Part shown: piece by piece, positions 26,355-37,198 of the stretch | How the letters are laid out: every line of letters begins with the position of its first letter | Numbering within the stretch: the first letter of the stretch is position 1 | Source: Leucoraja ocellata | Taxonomy: Eukaryota | Direction of reading: 5' to 3' | DNA length: 64,000 bases | Assembly (NCBI GenBank): GCA_036785375.1 | Contig: JAWMAR010000044.1 | Location: forward strand, 5,890,001 to 5,954,000 | Program-made: the position numbers and the translations under genes | The notes under the pieces: model-generated | What the model was told of the DNA's origin: nothing | What the model saw: only the letters and a program-made list of their open reading frames with translations | Databases searched by the model: none

Positions 26355-28399
26355 CTGCAAATACGTTTGAACACAAATTGAGAGTCAAATACAAACAGTG
26401 AGCAAAGGCCTTTAAACTTTGAACGGCCTTCATCAACTTAGCTTCGGGATGTATTTGCACTAATATTCGTGGTTATTAGATCATTGAATGTTTGCTTATT
26501 ATATATTATCTGTATGTATTGCATCTACAGTCCAGTTATGCTGCTGTGAGTGAGTATTTCACTGTTCTATGGTCAGTACATATTGTGGCAATTAAACACT
26601 AGAAATATGTAAACTGGAGATGCTGGTTTACAGGGCAAAAAGGCACAAAGTGCTGGAATAACTCCGCGGATCAGGCAGCATTCCTGGAGAACATGGATAA
26701 GCAATGTTTCGAGTCGGGACCCTTCTTCCCAATAAAAAACTCTGAAGAAGGTGGATAGGTGGAGAACATGGATAGGTGATGCTTTGAGTTGGGAGCCTTC
26801 TTCAGACAAAAATAAAGGTCTTTGAGTTTGAAGAAGGGACCCAACCCAAACTGAAACTTCACCTATCCATGTTCTCCAGGGATGCTGCCTAACTCACTGA
26901 GTTATTCCAGCACTTTGTGTCTTTGACAATTAAACACTCTTGACTCTAGAGCTCAGATCTTGCATGTCTAGCAGGGCAGGACTCAAATCTTCCTCTTACA
27001 AAGCACTGTTTGGGTACATTGCTGGTTGGAAGGTAGGTGATAAAATGTAACATTTGATAACTTGATGCAATGGAGGCTTCTCCGATTAAAGGAATAAAGA
27101 ATTCATCCACATCTGGCATTGTGTATCAGCTAACTTGGCACAACAAACGCATGCATTTTAGTTAATCATGACCTCCTGGACTTGGCTCAACCACACTTGC
27201 AATATGGTGAACAGACGTGATCTGCACATAAAGAGAGAGGCACCGCAAAAGGTGAACAAAAATATTTAATAACAATGAGGCTAGACAGAGTGGATGTGGA
27301 AAATATGTTTCTTGTAGTGGGAAAATCTAGGACCAGAGGACACAGCTTCAGAATAAAAGGGCGTACTTTTATAATGGAGAAGAGGAGGAATTTCTTTAGC
27401 TAGAGGGTGGTGAATCTGCCTAATTCATTGCCACAGACAGCTATGGAGGCCAAGTCATTAGGTAATTTAAAACAGAGATTGATATGTTCTTGATTAGGAA
27501 GGGTGTCAAACATTACAGGGTGAAGGCCTAGGGTTGAGGAGGAAAATAGATTTGCCCTAATTGAATTATGGAGCAGACTTGATGGGCCGAATGACCTAAT
27601 TCTGCTCCTATATGTTATGGTCTTACACTATACCCATCAGGAAAGTACTAGTTCTTATTTTTCTATCAGAGAAAGGAGTGAGTAAATCAGCAGAAGTCTT
27701 CAACATTATGAAAGAGTTCCGAGCGAAATAAGGAATGGGAGCCACGTAGAGAATCATTGCGATCCAGCATAGAAAGAGGCTCTTCGGCCCGTCGAGTCCA
27801 TGCCAACCATCAAACACCCATTTATAGTTCATCCCATTTTATTCGCCCCGGGGCAGCAGTAGAGTAGCAGTCTTACCGAGGCCCGGATTCAATCGTGACT
27901 ATGGGTGCTGTCTGTACAGAGTTTGAACGTTCTCCCTGTGAAAGTGTGGGTTTTCTCCATGTGCTCCGGTTTCCTCCCACACTCCAAAGATGTACAGGTT
28001 TGTACGCTAATTGGCTTAGGTAAACTGGTTCATTGTCCTTAGTGTGTGTAGGATAGTGCTAGCATATAGGGCGAAGGCTGGTCAAAGTGGACTCGGTGGG
28101 CCGTGCTATATCTCTAAAGTAAAGTCTTTCTAAAGTAACTAATAACCACAGATGAACTGAAAACGATACATCTGAGAATAAAATTGAGATATGACCTAAC
28201 CACAACTTATACAAATTTGAATTAAGCTTAATTTTTCCCCATACCAAACAATTGTTCTAAACACAATCTCAAGTATGCTGGCAATCAAATTAATGATAAA
28301 ACAACATCTTGAAACGACAAATGACATGCTGAAACAATGAATAGCAATCAAGAGCATGTATGTGATGTCACAAGTAAATCACGCTGGCATGGATAAAGA

Positions 28400-28828
28400 A
28401 CTTCGGGTCGGGATCCTTCTTCAGAATAAAAGTAGGGGAGGCAAGTGGTGGTAAGAAAAGGCCAGAACAAATCAGGACCAGCAATAGATGACCAAGGAAG
28501 GGAGGAGCTCATAATGGCCTGTTGTTGGCTGGGGAAGAGGTGATTACGAAGGGATACAAGGATGCGACCAGTGGAACTAGTACGACAATTAGGGTGGGCA
28601 AGGGGATGGGAGAGACCGAATGCAGGGATTACTTAAAATTAGCGAAATTAACGTCCATCCAGCTGAGTTGTAAGCTGCCCAAATGAAATATGAGCTGCTG
28701 TTCCTCCAATTTGCGTGTGACATTCTGACAGTGGATGAGGCCCAGGACAGAAAGGCCAGTATGGGAATGGGAAAGAAATTTGAAATGTTTGGAAACCGGG
28801 AGATCGCGTGGTCCAAGGCGGACACCGA
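28400..28828 (-). mobile_element. Penelope 3' fragment with terminal repeat
   Basis: Frameshifted LEEQQLIFHLGSLQ..MDVNFANFK; hammerhead-type box at ~28402-28424. Confidence 0.75.
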
Positions 28829-29321
28829 GAGGATTTTATTTTGTACTAAACATTATTCTCTTTATCCTGTATCCACACACTGTGGATGGCTTGATTGTAA
28901 TCATCTATCGTCTTTCTGCTGACTGGATAGCACGCAACACAAAAGCTGTTCACTGTACCTCAGTAAACGTGACAGTAAACAAAACTCAAGGAGGTTACAT
29001 AACCAGACATGGGGAAAAAGAATAGTATGGATTGGTGGGAAGGGAGCAATGGAGCATAAATACTTCTGTGGATCAGACAGATAAAATGGCCTGTATATAC
29101 GTTTCTAACCCAGACATTGATGCTGCTTTCTGATTACTGACAACAAAACTTATTTTATTTTTCTATTCTGTTGTGTGTGGAGATGAACCTACAACAATCT
29201 GCAAGCCTGTCACAGACTGTCCCCCTCTTAGACTTGCAGCTCCTGCTAAGGAGTATCACCACAACTTCAAGCTGTGGTTCTGTGTTAAGTGAAAATGATG
29301 TCAAGGTCCACAAACACTTAC

Positions 29322-29504
29322 GTCTGGCTTTGTGTCGACAACATCCACCTCCACATTCACCTCTGCCTGCAGTATCCTGTGCTTAGTCTGCTCAATCACC
29401 AGGCTAAGCTTGTTAATGTACGACTGCAGCTCCTCTGCAGAATCCATGTTCATTTCCAGCAGTGCACGCTTGAATCGGTCCATCATGCCTTCTTCTAGAA
29501 GCTC
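29322..29504 (-). CDS. ACTR5: ACTR5 exon 5
   Basis: [61 protein letters not shown]. Acceptor TTTTAG|, donor |GTAAGT, 183 nt. Confidence 0.96.
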
Positions 29505-29580
29505 CTAAAATGATTGACAATAATATGAAAATCAAAAGTACAGAACATGTTGGAAATCTGAGATAATAGTAGAAAATTTA

Positions 29581-29896
29581 GGCCAGCACGGTTGCGCAGC
29601 TGTAGAATTGCTATCTTACAGCAGCAGATACCAGGGTTCGATTCTGACTATGGATACTGTCTGTACGGAGTGTGTACGTTCTCCCTGTGACCGCATGGGT
29701 TTTCTCCGGGAGTTCCAGTTTCGTCCCACGCTCCAAAAATGTGCAGGTTTGTAGGTTAATTGGCTTTGGTAATAAAAACCAATGTAAATTGCCCTTAGCG
29801 TGTAAGATAGCGCTAGTGTGCAGGGATCGCAGGTTGGCACGGGCTCGGTGGGCCGATGGCTTGTTTCCGCTCTGTATCTCCAAACTAAACTAAAAT
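29581..29896 (+). mobile_element. HE1-type V-SINE (about 30 further copies, e.g. 41-250-, 3404-3680+, 9235-9540-, 11330-11610+, 13642-13930+, 14175-14447-, 16578-16826+, 18160-18430+, 22496-22786+, 24830-25093+, 25610-25930-, 27850-28125+, 32548-32832-, 33830-34110-, 36355-36930-, 38310-38590+, 41272-41545+, 50838-51117+, 55295-55755-)
   Basis: Same A/B boxes, V-domain and CTAAA tail. These copies generate the recurring spurious ORFs (KPINLQTCTSLECGRK, GAVCTEFVRSP). Confidence 0.85.
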
Positions 29897-30859
29897 AATA
29901 GGCACAAAATGGTGGAGTAACTCAGCGGGTTACGCAGTATCTCTGGAGAAAATAGATAGGTGATACTTCAGGTCGGGACCCTACTTCAGACTGAATGGAT
30001 GTAGTTCCTCACCTGCTCTCTCGGTGGTTTGGTCTAGATTCCTCAAGTACAACCGATCATTCACACCATTGTCCCTTGTGGCTGTTCGCCATATGATTCA
30101 TTCATTCCAAATATAATGTTAGGAGTAATTTAATACGCAAGGGCACTGCTAATAGAAAAATACATTTGTACTCCTCAAATATTTCCTTTGACATTAAAAC
30201 AATGTGTTGATCGTGGTTTATGTTTAAAGGACCCATATGTCATAAATAATGGTTTAATTTTACCCAAGGAGATCCCCAGCAAAACTTATCTAAATGTGAA
30301 ATTGCACCATTGGCGCGAGTTATAAAAAATACAAGAAAGACCCAGGTAGATGGCATATAAAATTCATATAGAAACAAGGAACTGCAGATGCTCATTTAGA
30401 AAAAAAGATACAAAGATATAAAGTGCTGGAGTAACTCAATGGGTCAGGCAGCATCTCTGGAGAATATGGATAGGTGACAATTCCGTTTGTGACTTCATAT
30501 TTTTAATCCATAATTCACAGGAATGGTCTTAATTTCCAAAACATAACTAAAACGTTCCATTTATTATCGTCTTTCACCACCTCAGGAAGTCCAAAAGAGG
30601 TTTACGACAATCAAGTACTCTTTGAAAAGCAAACGTGGTGGAAAACACGGCAGATAATTTATATGCTGCAATCTGCCATCACAACTCTGTGTTGATACCA
30701 GATGGTCTGCTTTAACGATGTTGATAAAATATATTTTATTCATAAAATGCTCAGGTCAACATTTGCAAAGCTGATGACATGCTAATGTGAAGCAGTTGTT
30801 CATTTAAAACCCTAAAGCAAATAGTTCATGGGGGTTTTAATGCAGATTTCAACCAAACG

Positions 30860-31240
30860 TGTGTAACGGCAGACAGGCCTTAACGTTGTCCTTCCCCGTG
30901 GAGTCCTCGCAGATGCTGCCCTTCAGCTTCAATGCATCCCTCAGCACAATATTCTGGACCATTGCGTGTTTGCTTATAGCATCCGCCATGGACACGTGCC
31001 CTACCAGCAGAGTGAGATGTCTGTCAGGGAATGTTGCCGACTGGCCCACTCCACACTGCAGGAGTACGTGCTGAAGCTCGGTGCAGCCAAGACTTTGCTG
31101 GGGAGGGCCACAGTCTATGGTCCTTCTGCAACGGAACACTGAGGGGCAGCGTTGGGTGGGGACATTCCTCAAACAAGGGAAGGGATATCACCCCAGGAGG
31201 TCACAAGTGGGGAGGGCGTTCTGTTTAAAGATAGGTGCAA
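30860..31240. mobile_element. Two divergently oriented Tx1/L1-type LINE C-terminal fragments
   Basis: Plus: QQSEMSVRECCRLAHSTLQEYVL-KLGAAK. Minus: VQNIVLRDALKL. Both resemble the Tx1-clade ORF2 end; a TGTAA-rich 3' UTR-like tract lies at ~31770-31950. Confidence 0.55.
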
Positions 31241-33161
31241 ACTCCACTGCGTATGACACTCAGTAGGGCAGCACAGTGGCGCTGCAGTAGAGCTGCTGCC
31301 TCACAGCGCCAGAGACCCAGTTTTGATCCTGACCTTGAGTGCTGTCAGTGCGAACTGTTGCTTGTTCACCCTGTGACCGCGTGGGTTTTCTCACGGTGCT
31401 TTCCGTTTCCTCCCACAACCCAAAGACATGCAGGTTTGTAGGTTAATTGGTTTCAGTAAAAAAATGTAACTTGGCCCTAAAGGGCAAGAGGGTGAGAGGG
31501 TGGGATAGAATGAGGCAGTGTGGGCAAGTGATCAATAGTTGGCATGGGCCAAATTACCTGTTCCCATACATCTTTCATAGTCATACAGCGTAGAAACAGG
31601 CCCTTCTGCCAGGCTTATGATACAATACAATAGAACTTTATTTATCCCAAGAAGGAAATTGATCTGCCAACAGTCATAAAACACCAAATACATGAAACAT
31701 GAAATTAAAGTGACGAGTGGAAAGGATTGTGGGTGTACAAAGATTGGGGGTCGGGGGGGGGCAGTCTGTCTGTGATGTATTTGTAATGTACTTAAAGTGA
31801 AGGGGGAGATGTGATGTAATTAAAGTGAAGGGGGAGATGTGATGTATTTGTAATGTACTATCATTGAATGTATCAGAATGGAATTTGTGATGTATATGTA
31901 ATGTAATATGTAATGTAAATGCCAGTGTCCCTCGAGGCCAAAAGCAGAAGCTGGCAAATGTACCTGTGCCTCGTGACTGAGGTCAAGTGACCTTCTGGAA
32001 CTTTCTGTCATTGCAGATTAAACAAGATGTTGGACGTGTATTCATTGTGCTAGTCACAACAAGGTCTTAAAGAAGACATTACAAGTCTACCACATGACAG
32101 AAGGAGGAGGAATTGCCCACGTTGACCAACATGCCCCATCTACACTAGTGCCACCTGCCCACTCGTAGCCCATAACCCTCTAAACCCATCCCATCCCATC
32201 CCATGTACCTCAGAATCAGATATCCTAATCAGAAGGCTCTCTTATACTGAAAATAGGATATAACATACTTGTGGCATAGCTAAGCTGATACAACCACGGA
32301 GGAAGCATAGCAGGTAATGCTTATAACATTAAAAAGGAAGATGGGGTAGAGAGAAGAGGCTGGCATTGAGCAATGAATGCTGGAAGAGACTGACTGGCTA
32401 AAACACGACACGTTTCAAACTGTTGCAAGTAGTTGAAGCAAATTCTCCTTTGTAAAGGATATGGAATTACTGCAATTTAATGCTCCACTAATTTGGAAAA
32501 TAATGTTAACAGTTGTCAGGAGGGTCAGGTCTTCCAAGTGCACACACTTTAGACTTTAGAGATACAGCACTTCTGCTCACCGAGTCTGCACCGACCCAGC
32601 AATCACTCCATACACCAGCACTATCCTACACACTAGGGACAATTTTACCAAATCCAATTAACCTACAAACCTGTATGTCCTTGGAGAGTGGGAGGAAACC
32701 GGTGTACCCAGAGAAAACCCATGTGGTCACAGGGTGAACATATAAACTCCATACAGACAGCACCCATTCCCAGGATCGTACCTGAGTCTCCGGCGCTGTA
32801 AGGCAGCAGCTCTATTGCTGCGGCACTGTGCCTCCACACATACACAGATTTTCTGGCACTCACTTGGAGAAATGTGTTTGACCTGTGAGGAACTACTGAC
32901 TTTCCCGTTAAATGTGTCCATTTTCTCCCAAGTGCTTCAGAGATACAAAGCATTTTATTTGCATTGAACCACAATGCCTTCAAGTGGTAAATATCAAGTA
33001 CTGCAGTTAAACGTTGGTCATGACACGTGAAGGAACTGCAGATGCTGGTTTAAACCGAAGATAGACACAAAAAGCCAGAGTAACTCAGCAGGTCAGGCAA
33101 CATCTCCGGAGTAAAGGAATAGGCGACATTTCGGGTCAAAACCCCTGCTTAAGTGATTCAG

Positions 33162-33294
33162 CCCGGGCGTGGGGGAGTGGTCCGTCCTGTTTCAACGAAT
33201 GCAATCAACCTGGCGTGCACAATTAAAAAAAGATCAAATAGAACAAGTTGTCCTACAACTTTAGGCTGTGCACGCCATACGCAAGAAGAAGAAG
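33162..33294 (+). mobile_element. Short non-LTR retroposon 3' end with (AAG)n tail; family uncertain
   Basis: 11-bp TSD AAGTGATTCAG (33151-33161, 33295-33305); ends ...GCCATACGCAAGAAGAAGAAG. Confidence 0.7.
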
Positions 33295-35128
33295 AAGTGA
33301 TTCAGTCCGAAGAAGGCTCCCACCCCGAAACATCACCTGTCCACGTTCTCCAGAGATACGGTCTGACCGCTGAGTCAGTCCAGCACTTTGTCTTATTTTT
33401 TTGTAAACCAACATCTGCAGTTCCTTGTTTCTACAGGTGAATTTAACTTTGATGATGCAATCCAGAGTTCTTTTAATAATAAAGAAAATAGAAATTATAA
33501 GCTAGAGCTTTGATGGTATATTTATAGTATCCTGATTAATTGTGCACCACAATATTTGTGCTTAAAATTATAACAAAGAAAGCTCTATGATGACACTAGT
33601 GTCATTGAAAACATTCACCCGCTGAATTGGCATTCCTTTTTTTCTACCAAGGTGGAAAATAAAGCAAACGTCATTAGCAGGCTATGGCTGGCCTCCTTTC
33701 AATAGCAATGCAGTGCAAGATGGCATTAACTACTCTATCCACAAGGTGCACAATAATAAACGATGGAACGGTTAAGTGCTGTGCATCTAATTGTCTACCT
33801 ACATACTCCAAATATCTGTGTTTAGATGAGTTTAGTTTAAAAATACAGCACAGAAACAGGACCTTCGGCCCACCGAGTCCGAGCCAGCCAGCGATCTCCA
33901 CACTAATACTATTCCACACAATAGGGAATATTTATAATTTGCCTACAAACCTGTACATCTTTGGAGTGTGGGAGGAATCCGGAGCACCCGGAGTAAACCC
34001 ACGCAGCCACAAGGAGAGCGTAGAAACCCCGCACAGGTGGCACCCGTGGTCAGGATTGAAACTGGGTCTCTGGCGATGTAAGTCAGCAACTCTGCCACTG
34101 CGCCACTATACAGCCCCCTATGCATGTACTTGTTGATGGGTTTTGAAGTAGTTGCGTGATTAGGATGGAAGGATGTCATCACACAATACATTTGCCTACA
34201 GGAAAATAGCGTGCTTCTTCCTGTACACAGAGAGACAGAGAGAGGCACAGACATGCATATTCATTAATGCCTGAATGCGCCTGGGGTGGCGGACAGTGAG
34301 CGTCAATGGAGTTGATGCAGAAAATGGCCATTAAAGAGAAACAGAAATTAAGAGGGTCAGTTTCCTACAGCAGGCGACCTCTGTCTCATCAGCCTGTGCA
34401 AGCTCCCTGAAAGAGTCGATCTAATTAGTCAGCAATCATCAGGCAAGACAAAAAAGCTAAATAATTCAGTAATTACCTCCAGCCTCTAATCTCGGGCAAC
34501 AGATGTTGCAGCACCTAGATATTTCAATAACAAAGAAGCACATTTGAACCCTCAGATTTAATTAATTGAAAAAAAATTAAAAGAGGCAACGGCTCCCTTA
34601 CAGCGCCAAAGACCCGGGTTCGATCCTGACTACGGGTGCTGTCTGTACAGAGTTTGCACGTTCTCCCTGTGACCATGTGGATTTTCTCCGGATATCATTT
34701 TCCTCCCACATTTCAAATGCATATGTGTTTATAGGTTAATGGGCTTTGGTTAAAATTGTAAAATGTCCCTAGTGTTTAGGAAAGTGCTAGTGTATGAGGA
34801 TCGTTGGATGGCATGGACCCAGTGGGCTGAAGGGCCTGTTTCCTCTTGTATCTCTAAAGTCAAAAGAGACCATGGCTTCTGCATCCTAACTTGTTGGAAA
34901 GATGAATATTTGGAAATAACTACGTCCCTTATACTGAAGATCATCGTGATGGTGACTAATCTTGCGTGACTATGGCTATTTTTTATAACTAAGGTTCAAT
35001 TTTTTTTTTTAAGGGCGTTTAGATTACTGGTCTATCCAATGTTATCCATTTTTTCCCTGAGAAATAGAAACCTGACGCAGGAAAAAAAATGCAACGTTTC
35101 AAGAGTAATCAGCTTGACTCAACTGGTA

Positions 35129-35464
35129 CAGGTCCACCATCAAAGTGTTGACGACTGGTGGTCCGCCCCCCACCACTTTAATCAGGACAAACCCCCTCCC
35201 GGAACCCCTCCCAAAAATGTGGCACCTAGGCCTGTCGAGGCGGCCGATCTCAACCTCATCACGACTTGCGCACTGATCAGTGGGTTCCAGTATTGCCGGG
35301 GCTCGGAATCTCCAGCCCGCCAGGAGACGGCTGATCCATTCCTATAGCCAATTTCCGCCAACGGCTTTACAGCCTCCAAGGCTGTGACCTCTGTTGGCCT
35401 GGCAAAACCAATACTTCGGAAGGGCTCCGGAACCAATGGTGCCGAAAAGTCAATGGTGGACCTG
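35129..35464. mobile_element. Tc1/mariner (Tigger-like) MITE inserted in an old tRNA-SINE head
   Basis: Inverted termini CAGGTCCACCAT / ATGGTGGACCTG, TA at left and TC (decayed TA) at right. Flanks rejoin to A-box-like TGACTCAACTGGTA and B-box-like GGTTCAAAC. Confidence 0.6.
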
Positions 35465-35519
35465 TCGTGCTCAAGCCACAAGGTTGTTGGTTCAAACCTC
35501 CCCTGGTCCATCTCTTTGC

Positions 35520-35770
35520 ATCATCATTATCATCATGGTTGAAAACATCAACAGGCACAGTGCCTTACAATGCTCTGTACGACAGTGATCGCAGCTTCTA
35601 CTGAAGTGTGGATGGCCATTGGCTCTCTAATAGCTCATCCGCCCTTTGACAGGTCTTGTTTTTGGTCCTGCTCAGGGGTCCACAGCCCCCTCCTCACCTG
35701 GCAAACCAGGTGGGGGAGACAGTTTAGTCGCCGACTATCCGACCATGGAGCAGGCAGCACGGGATTACAC
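35520..35770 (-). mobile_element. Probable RTE-related short retroelement
   Basis: (CAT)n at the left end, i.e. (ATG)n 3' tail on the minus strand, with a GC-rich body. Family assignment is from recall only. Confidence 0.4.
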
Positions 35771-36416
35771 GGGAATGCAATATTGTCGCTAGAGTGTCTT
35801 TCGTAGGAGACCCAAACGTAAGGTTCTGTCAGTCAGGTGTTGAGGAATGTTTTGAATTGTGACAACCAAAATCATCAACACATTACGTTGTAGAGACACA
35901 TAGCACGGAAACAGGCCCTTCAGACGACTGAGCTTGCAGCAACCATCATACACCTGTTTATACTAATCCTGAGGCTGAGGGTGAAGGTATATCCTTCTAT
36001 TCTGTGCCCTCTGGTCCTAGACTCCGACTAGTGGAAACATCCTGTCCATATCCACTCTATCCCGCCCTACGCTAATCAGTCTGACGAAGGGATCCAGCCC
36101 GAAAAGCCACCTATCTATTTCCTCCAGAGATGTTGCCTGAACCGCTGAGTTGCTCCAGCATTCTGTGTCGATCTTTGCCAAGCGTAAATTGCCTGTCACA
36201 TCCACTCTCTTTATAGAGTGTGGACTCTGAAATGCTTTGGAACGTCCAAGTGCTGAGGGCATGAAAAGCTGAACACATTCCCACAAGATAGACTCTTGAG
36301 CTCGTTCCCCCATCTTGTGGAGCATCACATGCATGATATGGATGAGAATGGAGAGTTTAGTTTAGAGATTCAGCGCGGGAACAGGCCTTACGCCCACCGA
36401 ATCTGCGCCAAACTAA

Positions 36417-36723
36417 TGGGGCTGCCCCACTGTACGAGCTAATTCTCCCGCGATTCCCCTGATTCGAACTCGGATAGTTACGGTAATAGCCACTCGTAGG
36501 TACTCGGGGCTCTCGTGGACATTTTTCAACATGTTGAAAAATCTTCACGAGTCTTCCTGAGCTTACTGCGTTTCCCGAGTACCTGCCGTTAGCGTTACGA
36601 GCTGCTGAGACGTCCTGAGCTCCGACGTACCCGCTCCGTACATTCTACGTGCTTACCACGAGTTTGATTTTTTTTTAAACTCGGGAGAGCTCTTGAATTA
36701 GCTCGTACGGTGGGACAGCCCCT
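36417..36723. mobile_element. PIF/Harbinger-type MITE inserted in a SINE (ACTR5 intron 4)
   Basis: ~28-bp TIRs GGGGCTG(C/T)CCCAC(T/C)GTACGAGCTAATTC. TAA TSD at 36414-36416 and 36724-36726. Internal palindrome ATTTTTCAACATGTTGAAAAAT. Confidence 0.85.
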
Positions 36724-36980
36724 TAACACTATCCTACACACACTAACGACAACTTTACCAGGCCAATTAACCTACGCGTCTTTCGAGTATGGGAGATATG
36801 CAGGGCACCTGGAGAAAACCCACGCAGGTCACGGGAAGAACGTACAAACTTCGTGCAGACAGCACCCATGGTTGAGATCGAACCCGGGTTTCTGGCGCTG
36901 TAAGGCAGCAACTCTACAGATATGCCACCATTAATGAACACGATGGATAGCGTTTCATTGGTGTAGCCCGAATCCTTTAC

Positions 36981-37198
36981 CTGGATGCTGAGCAGTCTCT
37001 CTAGCTTCTCCTGGTCGAGCTGAAGCTTCTCCTCCCTGCGACGAGCGTTGAGCTCCTGCAGTCTGCGAATCTGCTGTTGCCGCCGTTCCATCTTCTCCTC
37101 CACCGTCAAAGTGCTAGCCAGTAGCTTGTTGTTGAAGGGCAACTGCATCCTGTGAATGTTCTTCTCATAGAAATCCGGGAGCTTCCACAGGCCGAGTT
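36981..37198 (-). CDS. ACTR5: ACTR5 exon 4
   Basis: [27 protein letters not shown]...[36 protein letters not shown]. Acceptor TTTTGTAG|, donor CAG|GTAAAG, 218 nt. Confidence 0.96.

Noticed and set aside
31770-31860. Short tandem duplication TTAAAGTGAAGGGGGAGATGTGATGTA
   Set aside because: Local slippage within a LINE 3' UTR-like tract; no sign of function.
35182-35511. 109-aa GC-rich ORF as a novel or viral protein
   Set aside because: It lies within and across a TIR-bounded MITE, with no recognisable motif or splice structure.
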